Shown: in pieces, positions 55,809-64,000 of the stretch
Numbering within the stretch: position 1 is the stretch's first letter
Layout: every line of letters begins with the position of its first letter
Source: Sedimentisphaerales bacterium
Lineage (GTDB): Bacteria; Planctomycetota; Phycisphaerae; Sedimentisphaerales; Anaerobacaceae
NCBI GenBank assembly: GCA_040772485.1
Contig: JAXGYC010000010.1
Coordinates: forward strand, 1 to 64,000
Direction of reading: 5' to 3'
DNA: 64,000 nt
Translations under genes and position numbers: made by a program
Notes under the pieces: generated by a model
What the model saw: the letters and a program-made list of their open reading frames with translations, nothing else
What the model was told of the DNA's origin: nothing
Databases searched by the model: none

Positions 55809-56600
55809 TCACGGCCGCCCCTCGGGAGCCGACGCCGGCGGCCAGGAGGCCGGGTCCTGCTGGTAGAAGTCCTTCAACGCCTCGTATAGCTCGGGGTGGA
55901 CGTCCCGCAGCTCCTCGGCCTTCTCGAAGAAGCATTCCGTCGCCACCGCGAAGAACTCGGCCTCGTCGGTCGCCCCGTACTCGTCGAGCACCTGCTCATC
56001 GTCCCGTCCGACGCTGTGCCGGAACTCCTCGAAATCCTCACCCAGGGTCTGGGCCCACGCGGCGAAGCTGAACCTGTCCCGCAGCACCGGGGTGTTGTCG
56101 CCCTTGCCATAGGCGCTGTCGAGCTGGTGGGCGAATTCGTGGAAGACGACGTTCTGACCGTCGCGCGGGTTGGCGGCCCCCCGCCGGACGCTGTTCCAGG
56201 CCAACACGACCGACCCGCGATACCAGGACTCGCCCAGCCGCACGTCCTCGCCTTCGAGGACCATGTCGCCAACCATGCGGTGGGCCCGCCCGGCCACGTA
56301 CGTCCGGGGGTACACCAGGACGGACGTCAGGCCCGGATAGTAGTCGGTCTGGCGGTGGAGCAGGAGGATGCACGCCTGGGCCGCAATGGTGACGCGAATC
56401 TCGTCGGTGATCTCCAGGCCGCCGCAGCCCTCGAACCGCTTCTCCGCGAGGAAGACGAGAATGTGCCGGCGCAGCTCCTGCCGGTCCGCCTCCGGCAGAC
56501 GTCGGCAGATCGGAACGTTCTTCTCGATGATCGCCAGCCACTCGGGCGGAAAGGCCCGGCCCGCGACCTTGGCTCGTCGACGCTTCTTGAATCCCAGCAT
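55809..56600 (-). CDS. MtfA-like zinc metallopeptidase (M90)
   Basis: TIAAQAC, DGQNVVFHEFAHQLD, YGATDEAEFFAVATECFFE. Confidence 0.9.
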   Translation of the reverse strand: MLGFKKRRRAKVAGRAFPPEWLAIIEKNVPICRRLPEADRQELRRHILVFLAEKRFEGCGGLEITDEIRVTIAAQACILLLHRQTDYYPGLTSVLVYPRTYVAGRAHRMVGDMVLEGEDVRLGESWYRGSVVLAWNSVRRGAANPRDGQNVVFHEFAHQLDSAYGKGDNTPVLRDRFSFAAWAQTLGEDFEEFRHSVGRDDEQVLDEYGATDEAEFFAVATECFFEKAEELRDVHPELYEALKDFYQQDPASWPPASAPEGRP

Positions 56601-56787
56601 GTCCTTCTCTTGTATTCTGTCGCGTTTGCGGGTACTTATACCATCCGCGACCGGCGAAGGAAAGCCTCCGGTCGAACCGAACGCAAGTGGCAGCCTCAAG
56701 CGCAGCGGCTCTCCTGAGCCTGCCGAAGGATTGGGGATGGCCGCCACAGATAGGCTGGTCTCAGAGAAGAAAGAATACGGCAGAGCC

Positions 56788-58065
56788 ATGAACGATACAC
56801 CTATCCTCCTGACGGCGGCCATTTCCGGTACCGGGGGCGTCATCAAAACGCGGCCGGAAGACTTCTTCGTCGAAGAGCTGCCTCTCTATCCCGCGGCCGG
56901 CGCGGGCGACCACACGTACATCCTCATCGAGAAACGCGGCCTCGGCACGCGCGACGCCATCGACCGGCTCGCGCGGGCGCTGAACGTCCCGCGTCGTGAC
57001 ATCGGCTCGGCCGGACTGAAGGACACGCACGCCGTGACCCGGCAGTGGCTCTCCGTCGAGCACGTCGATCCCGAGCAACTGAGGGGAATCGAGATTGCCG
57101 ACGTCCGCATCCGGCAGGTCACCCGCCACACCAACAAGCTGAGACTGGGCCACCTGGCCGGCAATTGCTTCGTCATCAAGCTTCGCGAGCTGACGGTGCC
57201 GCTCGACCAGGCGGCGCGCACCGCCGAGCAGGTGCTGTCGATCCTGACGCAGAAAGGCGTGCCGAACTACTATGGCCCGCAGCGCTTCGGCAACCGCGTC
57301 GACAACCACCTCATCGGCAAGGCGATCATCGACAACGACGCCAATCGGGCTATCGACCTGTTCATCGGCGTGCCCGATCCTCGGCTGGACAGCGCTGTGA
57401 TGCTCCAGGCCCGGCAGCTCTACCTGGACGGGCGGTACCAGGAGGCCCTGGACGTCTGGCCGCGTCAGATCGTCGAGCGCCGCCGCATCCTCAAGGCCCT
57501 CATCGCCAACCGGGGCAACAAGAAGCGAACCTTCAAGGTGATGGACCGGCACCTCAAGGGCTTCTTCGTCTCCGCGTACCAGTCGGCGGTGTTCAACCGC
57601 GTACTCACCGCCCGCATGCCCGACATCGACAAGCTCCTGCCGGGCGACATGGCCTACAAGCACGAGAACGGCGCCTGCTTTCGCGTGGAAGACGCGGCGG
57701 CCGAGCAGCCTCGCTGCGACCGCTTCGAGATCAGCCCGACCGGCCCCCTGCTGGGCCAGCGCACGACCCGCCTGGAAGGCCCCGCCGGCGAGATCGAGGA
57801 ACCCATCCTCGAAGCCGAAGGCCTGGGCGAAGAGCAGTTCCGCCAGATGAAGAAGCTCGGCGCCCGCGGCGGGCGACGGCCCCTGCGGTTCCAGCCGCGA
57901 GGAGTTGCCGTCGCAACGGGCACGGACGACCTGGGCCCCTACCTGGAGCTGCGTTTCGAGCTCGACTCCGGCTGTTACGCCACCACCCTGATCGCCGAGA
58001 TCACCAAGAACCCCGTCGAAGACGAGCCCACCGAGCCGGCCCCCGACGAAGCCGGCACCGACTGA
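56788..58065 (+). CDS. truD: tRNA pseudouridine(13) synthase
   Basis: PEDFFVEE, AGLKD, GHLAGN, PNYYGPQRFG, GCYAT. Confidence 0.96.
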   Translation: MNDTPILLTAAISGTGGVIKTRPEDFFVEELPLYPAAGAGDHTYILIEKRGLGTRDAIDRLARALNVPRRDIGSAGLKDTHAVTRQWLSVEHVDPEQLRGIEIADVRIRQVTRHTNKLRLGHLAGNCFVIKLRELTVPLDQAARTAEQVLSILTQKGVPNYYGPQRFGNRVDNHLIGKAIIDNDANRAIDLFIGVPDPRLDSAVMLQARQLYLDGRYQEALDVWPRQIVERRRILKALIANRGNKKRTFKVMDRHLKGFFVSAYQSAVFNRVLTARMPDIDKLLPGDMAYKHENGACFRVEDAAAEQPRCDRFEISPTGPLLGQRTTRLEGPAGEIEEPILEAEGLGEEQFRQMKKLGARGGRRPLRFQPRGVAVATGTDDLGPYLELRFELDSGCYATTLIAEITKNPVEDEPTEPAPDEAGTD

Positions 58066-58094
58066 TCCCCCGCCCCGGACGCCCTGCCCCCCTC

Positions 58095-58590
58095 GGAATT
58101 GGCTTTGTTTCGCATTATCGTGGCCCGTGACCGGTGACCCGTACAGGGAGCACGGCTCGGACGCACCCACGGAAGGAACCCTCCCGCCTCCAGTCTCCCG
58201 TCTTGCGTCTCCGGAATTGGCTTTGTTTCGCACGTTCTCCTCGCACTCCGCCCCCATCTACGCTTCCACGCATCTGCGTTCCAACCGGCGGCCATCGGCG
58301 GCCGCAGGATTGGCTTTGTCGCCCCGCCAGACCCTCGTTTCCAGCCCAAGAACGCCGAAATTGGCTTTGTTTGGCGCAATTGCCTCGCGTCCGGCCGACC
58401 CACTCCACCGGACAATTGCCGCGCCACGAATCACCAATCCGAAACCCGCAATCCGCAATCGCTGCCACCGCGCCCACCCGAGGCGGAGAATACTGGAATG
58501 GTGGAATGATGGAATAGTGGAACGGCAGCCCCACTGGCAACCGACAACCGTCAACTGATTTCCGCCGATTCGCCATTTGCCATTCACTTT
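58095..58590. repeat. Repeat-rich intergenic region: four ATTGGCTTTGT core repeats plus heptamer/octamer tracts
   Basis: Copies at about 58095, 58213, 58307, 58357; AATCCGC-like and AATGRTGG-like tracts at 58430-58525. Confidence 0.75.
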
Positions 58591-58826
58591 ATAGAAAGAG
58601 CCTTGTTCTGTCGATACTACACAACCTCATCTTGGCTGTAAAGCAGAATTTGCAGGAAATCCTCGGATTCTCCGCACGTCCACCGACAGGCCTTCGCCAC
58701 CCCGTCCACGCCGACGCCATCCCGACGACAGGACACAAGGTCAGAGGACGCCATGTTCAAGTCAAGAGCGAGGCGAGCAAGATATCTCCGAATCGCGCGG
58801 GCGGGTGACTGGAGTCGCGCAGGCGG

Positions 58827-59021
58827 CTACGCTCGGGGCGGTGCTTGGGACGCGGGACGTTTGGAGAGGGTTATGACCTTTCTGCCTCGGCGCTTCTGAC
58901 GGCGCATCGCCTCGCGCAGCATGGCCTCGGCATCGTAATGGTGTCGGGCGGCCAGTTGATCCTTGATTCTTCGGACCTCGGCGACAATGGGGTCGCCCAC
59001 AAGTGCTTTCTGTCGTGCCAT
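58827..59021 (-). CDS. Small putative antitoxin/partner protein
   Basis: MARQKALVGDPIVAEVRRIKDQLAARHHYD...; starts 2 bp after the PIN gene stop. Confidence 0.65.
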   Translation of the reverse strand: MARQKALVGDPIVAEVRRIKDQLAARHHYDAEAMLREAMRRQKRRGRKVITLSKRPASQAPPRA

Positions 59022-59023
59022 AG

Positions 59024-59497
59024 CTATTCCCCCAACAACTCCACGGGTGTGCAGATGACAGGGCATTTGTAGCCTCCATTCCGGCAGACGGCTCCGACGG
59101 AATCGAATATTTCCGCGTTGGCCAAATGGGTGCAGTTCCATGTGAGCAGGAAATCCACACCGTGGACAGCCGAAACGGCGATATGGCCCGCATCCCGAGT
59201 TGCCTTCTTGGGCAGGACCCTCTTTCTGAGCAGAACCTGTGTCAGGTGAATGACTTCCTCATTGATCGCCAGCAGAGGGAAACCCTCCATGTAAGACAGC
59301 CTCGCCGCCGCAGCTTCTTTATCACCCTCCGCTGCCTCATCGAGCACAATTTGCGATACGAAGATACGGAAGTACGCGCGTCTCTCAAGCCACCAGTCAT
59401 GAGTAATCTGCTGGCGGGCTGCCACGATCAGGTCTCGGCTGGGCCTGCTCGTGAGGTAGCTCGGAATCGTCGTTTCCAGATAGAGTAAGGGCTTCAT
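59024..59497 (-). CDS. PIN-domain (VapC-like) ribonuclease
   Basis: YLETTIPSYL, VLDEA, DAGHIA, LLTWNCTHLAN, ICTP. Confidence 0.9.
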   Translation of the reverse strand: MKPLLYLETTIPSYLTSRPSRDLIVAARQQITHDWWLERRAYFRIFVSQIVLDEAAEGDKEAAAARLSYMEGFPLLAINEEVIHLTQVLLRKRVLPKKATRDAGHIAVSAVHGVDFLLTWNCTHLANAEIFDSVGAVCRNGGYKCPVICTPVELLGE

Positions 59498-59625
59498 ATC
59501 CCAATCCTATCAGAAGATCCGCTCGCAGGCAAGAACCAGACCGACGAGTTGAGCATGTCGAATCGCAGCCAATTCTGCGAGCGGCATACGCGGTTCGAGG
59601 GCGGGAGGATCTTGACGCGGCGAGG

Positions 59626-61461
59626 TCAAGGCGGAGGAGGCTGGGGGGAGGCGAACTGCTTTTCGTGGAGGTCGCGGTAGAGGCCGGCCTGGGCGAGGAG
59701 TTCGTGGTGGGCGCCGGACTCGACGATGCGGCCGTTCGAGAGGACGAAGATGCGGTCGGCGTTGACGACGGTCGAGAGGCGGTGGGCAATGGTAAACGTG
59801 GTGCGGCCGGCGATCAGGCGGCTCATCGCGCTCTGGATCAACTGCTCGGACTCGGTGTCCAGGGCCGCGGTGGCCTCGTCGAGGATGAGAATCTTCGGGT
59901 CCTTCAAGAACGCTCGGGCAATCGTGATGCGCTGGCGTTGCCCGCCGGAAAGCGAAGTCCCCCGCTCGCCCACTTCCGCGTCGAACCCGCCCGGCAGCGA
60001 CTGGATGAACTCGTACGCGTTGGCCGCCTTGCTCGCCTCGACGACCTCGGCGTCGGACGCCGTCGGGTCGCCATAGAGGATGTTCTCGCGGATCGTGCCG
60101 CTGAACAGGATCGGGTCCTGCAACACGATGGCGATGTGCCGGCGAAGCGACTTGACCTTCACGTCGCGGACGTCTTGGCCGTCGATCCTCACACTCCCGG
60201 CGTTGACGTCGTAAAAACGTGGAATCAAGCTGACGATCGTGGTCTTGCCCGAGCCGCTGGGCCCGACGAGGGCCACCTTCTCGCCCGGCGCGACCTGGAA
60301 CGTGACCTCGTGCAGCACGGGACACGTGCCGTCGTAGGAGAAGTTGACACGGTCGAACTCGACGGCGCCCCGCACGTTGTCGAGTTCCACGGCGCCGGGG
60401 GCGCTGACGATCTCGGGTTTCTCGTCCATGATCTCGTAGATCCGGTCGAGGGCGGCCATCGCGTTGGCGTACACCACGTTGAGCTCGCTGAACCGCTGCA
60501 ACGGCAGGTACAGCGGGCTGAGGTACATCGTCACCGCGATCAGATCGCCGACGCTCATGGTGCCCGCGATCACGCGGTAGCCTCCGAAGCAGACGACGAT
60601 CAGCGGGGCCACGCCCATGAGCGTCCCGGTGACCGCCTGATTGAGGCTCTGAATGAAGACCCGGCGCATGTTCGTGGTGAACAGCTTTTCCGAGTCCGTC
60701 ACGAACCGCTTCCGCTCGCTGCGCTCCTGGTTGAAGGCCCGCACGACGACGCTGCCGCTGATGCGCTCCTGGGCGCTGCTGCTCATCGCCGACAGCTCAT
60801 CCTGGACCTGGCGGGTGGTGGTGCGAATCTCGTCGCGGAACCGCCGGAAGAACAGCAGGTACAATGGAAACGTCGAGAGCGCCACCAGCGTCGTGAGCAC
60901 GTCGATCCGCAGCAGCAAGGACACCACCACCAGCAGGGCCGCCGCGTCCATCCATGTGTTCGTCAGCGCGGTGCCCACAAGATTCTGGGCCAGTTGGATG
61001 TCGCTGATCAGCCGCGTGAGGATCGCCCCGCTCTTGTTCCGCTGGAAGAACGAGGCGCTCATGCGGAGGATCCGGTGGTACAGGTCGCAGCGCAGGTTGA
61101 ACACCGCGCGGTGGCTGGCCTTGTCGGCGTAGAGATGACGCAGATACGTGAACGGGGCATAGACGAAGATGAAAACCGCGATCATCCCGCCGGCGTAGAA
61201 GAACAGATCGCGATACTTCTGCGTCGCCGTCATCGTTTCGCTGAGGAACACGTCGTCGAGCAGATGGCGCGTCACCTGCGGCACCAGCAGCGGGACGGTG
61301 AACTTGACCACCCCGCCGAGGATCGCCAGGATCAGGTATCTCGTGTACGGCCGAACGTACCCCAGAAAGCGAATGAAGTTCTTGTGCTTACCCGCCAAAC
61401 CATGCCCCACAGGTATCGGTATGGCCCGAAACCATCCTGGCGTCGCGGCCGTATCCATCAT
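59626..61461 (-). CDS. ABC exporter, fused permease/ATPase (MsbA-like)
   Basis: TM domain; GPSGSGKT; LSGGQRQR; ILILDEAT. Confidence 0.95.
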   Translation of the reverse strand: MMDTAATPGWFRAIPIPVGHGLAGKHKNFIRFLGYVRPYTRYLILAILGGVVKFTVPLLVPQVTRHLLDDVFLSETMTATQKYRDLFFYAGGMIAVFIFVYAPFTYLRHLYADKASHRAVFNLRCDLYHRILRMSASFFQRNKSGAILTRLISDIQLAQNLVGTALTNTWMDAAALLVVVSLLLRIDVLTTLVALSTFPLYLLFFRRFRDEIRTTTRQVQDELSAMSSSAQERISGSVVVRAFNQERSERKRFVTDSEKLFTTNMRRVFIQSLNQAVTGTLMGVAPLIVVCFGGYRVIAGTMSVGDLIAVTMYLSPLYLPLQRFSELNVVYANAMAALDRIYEIMDEKPEIVSAPGAVELDNVRGAVEFDRVNFSYDGTCPVLHEVTFQVAPGEKVALVGPSGSGKTTIVSLIPRFYDVNAGSVRIDGQDVRDVKVKSLRRHIAIVLQDPILFSGTIRENILYGDPTASDAEVVEASKAANAYEFIQSLPGGFDAEVGERGTSLSGGQRQRITIARAFLKDPKILILDEATAALDTESEQLIQSAMSRLIAGRTTFTIAHRLSTVVNADRIFVLSNGRIVESGAHHELLAQAGLYRDLHEKQFASPQPPPP

Positions 61462-61520
61462 AGAATCCACTGGCGCCGAGTGTATCGAAATCGCCTGAAA
61501 ACTCAACCTGGAAAGCATCT

Positions 61521-63218
61521 ATGACAACGCATCGCAACGCATGGCTGCCGTTGTTCCTGACCATCCTGGTCGGCGCCTCGTCCGCTGGGATCAGGCAGTG
61601 GCACGTCGCGCCGACGGAGATTCCGGGGATTGCCTCCGATCAGCAGGTTCGCACCGTCGGCGAGGCGGTTTCGCGCGCCGAGGCGGGCGATGTCGTCGTC
61701 ATCCACGTCGGGGTCTATCGCGAGGCCATCCGCATCGACAGCAGCGGCACGCAGCCGGAGCCGATCACGATCCGTGCCGCCGAGGGCGAAACCGTCGTCC
61801 TGACAGGAGCGGATCGGATCACAGAGTGGACACCAGAGGAATCGCCCGACGGCGGCGGGCGGGTCTACAGCACGCCGTGGCCGCACAAGTTCATCGCGTG
61901 GAACGAGAGCTACACGCATCCGGACGACGAATTCCATCGGCTCATCGGCCGGTGCGAGCAGGTCTTCGTCGGGGGCTACGCCCTGCGACAGGTGCTCCGC
62001 CAGGACAAGCTGACTCGGGGCGCCTTCTACGTCGACATGGACGCCGGGCGTCTGTACGTCTGCGCCTATGACGACCGCGACATCGCCGGCAACAAGGTCG
62101 CCGTCGAGGCTTCCACGCGCGACCGCATCTTGAGCGTCAAGGGCAGCCACATCGTCGTACAGGGCCTCCGCTTCCGTTACGCCGCCAACCGCGCCCAGCA
62201 GGGCGCCGTCGAATTCGCCGGCGACCACCTCACCGTGGACGGCTGCGCCTTCGAGCACACCAACAGCAGCGGCGCGCAGTTCACGGGCGAGGACATCACC
62301 GTTCGGAACTGCACGTTCCAGCACAACGGCCAGCTCGGCTTCGGCGCCAGCCGGGCCCACCGCCTGCACCTGACCGGTTGCACGATTCGCAACAACAACG
62401 CCAAGGGTTTCGATCGCGGATGGGAGGCCGGCGGCAACAAGATTTGCCTGACGCGCGGCGCGGTGCTGGAACAAAGCACGTTCGTCGAGAATCGCGGCAA
62501 CGGCATCTGGTTCGACATCGGCAATGAGGACTGCGTCGTCCGCAACTGCCTGATCGCGCACAACGAGGACGCGGGCATCTTCTATGAAATCTCCTACGGC
62601 CTGCACGCCCACGACAACGTCATCATCGGCAACGGCCTGGCGGACTCGCCCGGCGCCTGGGGCGCGGCCGCGGGCATCAGCCTGTCCAGCTCGCCCGGCT
62701 GCACGATCGAGCGGAATCTGCTGATCGGCAACAAGGAAGGGTTCAACTTCCGCGAGCAGCAGCGATCGACGCCGCGGATCGCAGGCGGCTCGGAGCCGGT
62801 GTGGAACCACGACCAGATCGTCCGGCACAACGTCGTCGCCCACAACCGCGACGCTCAGGTCTGGGGCTGGTTCGACATCGCCGACGAGCGGCACTGGCCC
62901 AAGGCCATGCAGAGCGAGCAGGCCGGCGACCTTTCGCTCGAAGAACTGCGTCTGACATTCGAGAACAACCTCTACTGCCCTGCCAGCGGCCAGGGCCTGT
63001 TCCACTGGGGCGTCTCCTGGAAAAGGCACGAGGAGTACCGGACGCTCGACGAGGTGCGGACGGAATTGGGACTGGGCCAAGGCAGCCGGGTTGCGGAGTT
63101 CTCTGTCGCGGACCACTCTGGCCTGGACCTGCGAATCCCGGCCGGCAGCGAGGCGATCGCGATGGGCTGCTATCCGCAGGGAACCATCCCCGGCGTGCGG
63201 TTGGGCATAGCCCCGTAG
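61521..63218 (+). CDS. Secreted right-handed parallel beta-helix protein
   Basis: Signal peptide; GDVVVIHVGVYRE; GIWFD, GIFYEISY; Asn-ladder repeats. Confidence 0.85.
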   Translation: MTTHRNAWLPLFLTILVGASSAGIRQWHVAPTEIPGIASDQQVRTVGEAVSRAEAGDVVVIHVGVYREAIRIDSSGTQPEPITIRAAEGETVVLTGADRITEWTPEESPDGGGRVYSTPWPHKFIAWNESYTHPDDEFHRLIGRCEQVFVGGYALRQVLRQDKLTRGAFYVDMDAGRLYVCAYDDRDIAGNKVAVEASTRDRILSVKGSHIVVQGLRFRYAANRAQQGAVEFAGDHLTVDGCAFEHTNSSGAQFTGEDITVRNCTFQHNGQLGFGASRAHRLHLTGCTIRNNNAKGFDRGWEAGGNKICLTRGAVLEQSTFVENRGNGIWFDIGNEDCVVRNCLIAHNEDAGIFYEISYGLHAHDNVIIGNGLADSPGAWGAAAGISLSSSPGCTIERNLLIGNKEGFNFREQQRSTPRIAGGSEPVWNHDQIVRHNVVAHNRDAQVWGWFDIADERHWPKAMQSEQAGDLSLEELRLTFENNLYCPASGQGLFHWGVSWKRHEEYRTLDEVRTELGLGQGSRVAEFSVADHSGLDLRIPAGSEAIAMGCYPQGTIPGVRLGIAP

Positions 63219-63417
63219 CGACCCGTGTCGGCGGCCATTATTGCCTGGCGCTGCCACACGAGGAACTGGAATATCTTCACAAGTTTCCGCCCTCCCTTGC
63301 CGAAATAAGAAAGATGCTTGAGGCGCCGCCGGCAATTCGGTAGAATGGTATCTTCGCGTCCGGGGATAGGAACGCGTGCGGTTCCGGCCCCTGGGCGTCA
63401 GGATATATCGACGAAGA

Positions 63418-64000
63418 ATGCAGACCGCGATAGGTCATACAATCTCTGACTTGCACCTGTTGACCACCCGCAGCTCGGCTGCGAAGATGATGCCCAGCCT
63501 GCACCACGCCGCCTCGGAGGCAGGTCTGTTCGTCCTCAACGGGGACATCTTCGACTTCCAATGGTCTTTCTATCCCGACCTCGAGCGGTCGCTCCAATAC
63601 GTCGAGGACTGGATCGACGATCTCGTCGCACGACATCCCCGCTGCCAGTTTGTCTTCATCACGGGCAACCACGACAGCCTCCCGGCCTATGAGGACCTGC
63701 TGGAAGAGCTGTCCGGACGGTACGCCAACCTGTCCTGGGATCCGTTCTATCTGAAGATCGGCGAGAAGGTGTTCCTGCATGGCGACGTGCACCATTCGCC
63801 GACGCCGGAAACGCTTGCGGCCTATCGGTCGAGGTGGCACGGACCGCCTCACAAGCCGTGGGCCCATACGGCGTACTACGTGTTCGCATGGCTTCGCATC
63901 CCGCGTCTGATCCACGAACTGACGCCGGCACACCGGCCCGTTGCGGATGTAATCACGTACCTCAGGGCGGAGCTGGGACCTCGCTTCTGCGACGTGCAGG
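63418..64000 (+). CDS. Calcineurin-like metallophosphoesterase (LpxH-like), runs off the window
   Basis: Manual translation: ISDLHL, NGDIFD, GNHD, LHGD. Confidence 0.85.
   Translation, partial: MQTAIGHTISDLHLLTTRSSAAKMMPSLHHAASEAGLFVLNGDIFDFQWSFYPDLERSLQYVEDWIDDLVARHPRCQFVFITGNHDSLPAYEDLLEELSGRYANLSWDPFYLKIGEKVFLHGDVHHSPTPETLAAYRSRWHGPPHKPWAHTAYYVFAWLRIPRLIHELTPAHRPVADVITYLRAELGPRFCDVQ

Noticed and set aside
58095..58385. CRISPR array
   Set aside because: Repeats short and degenerate, spacing irregular, no cas genes in the window

Overview
High-GC bacterial chromosome segment. The gene families (lamin-tail/CotH proteins, F5/8-type secreted paralogs, many Tat-exported Gfo/Idh/MocA enzymes, AAACAAAGCCAATT repeats) suggest Planctomycetota, probably Phycisphaerae/Sedimentisphaerales (inference). 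Bases 1-4535 are the end of a prophage integrated at tRNA-Arg(CCT): a leftward recombination operon (ERF, YqaJ exonuclease, HNH-AP2, NinB-like, SSB) with a near-consensus sigma70 promoter. Between that promoter and the att site lies a ~490-nt densely structured non-coding block. It contains a tRNA-Gln-like fold with an expanded anticodon domain and is the best candidate here for an undescribed system. The rest is host sequence: carbohydrate-catabolism genes, LacI, a heparinase/alginate-lyase-like gene, dinB, an intact IS10-like IS4 element (18-bp TIRs, 9-bp TSD), modular secreted proteins, a motif-altered OLD-like ATPase and a decaying exopolysaccharide cluster (wzc deletion junction, glycosyltransferase split by a 59-bp insertion). 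Further right are a 1.1-kb island remnant in tRNA-Arg(TCG), ptsP, a divergent rpmH (bL34) absent from the ORF track, an MtfA-like peptidase, truD, a reverse-order PIN toxin pair, an ABC exporter, a beta-helix protein and a partial metallophosphoesterase. All calls are by eye; no database searches were run.
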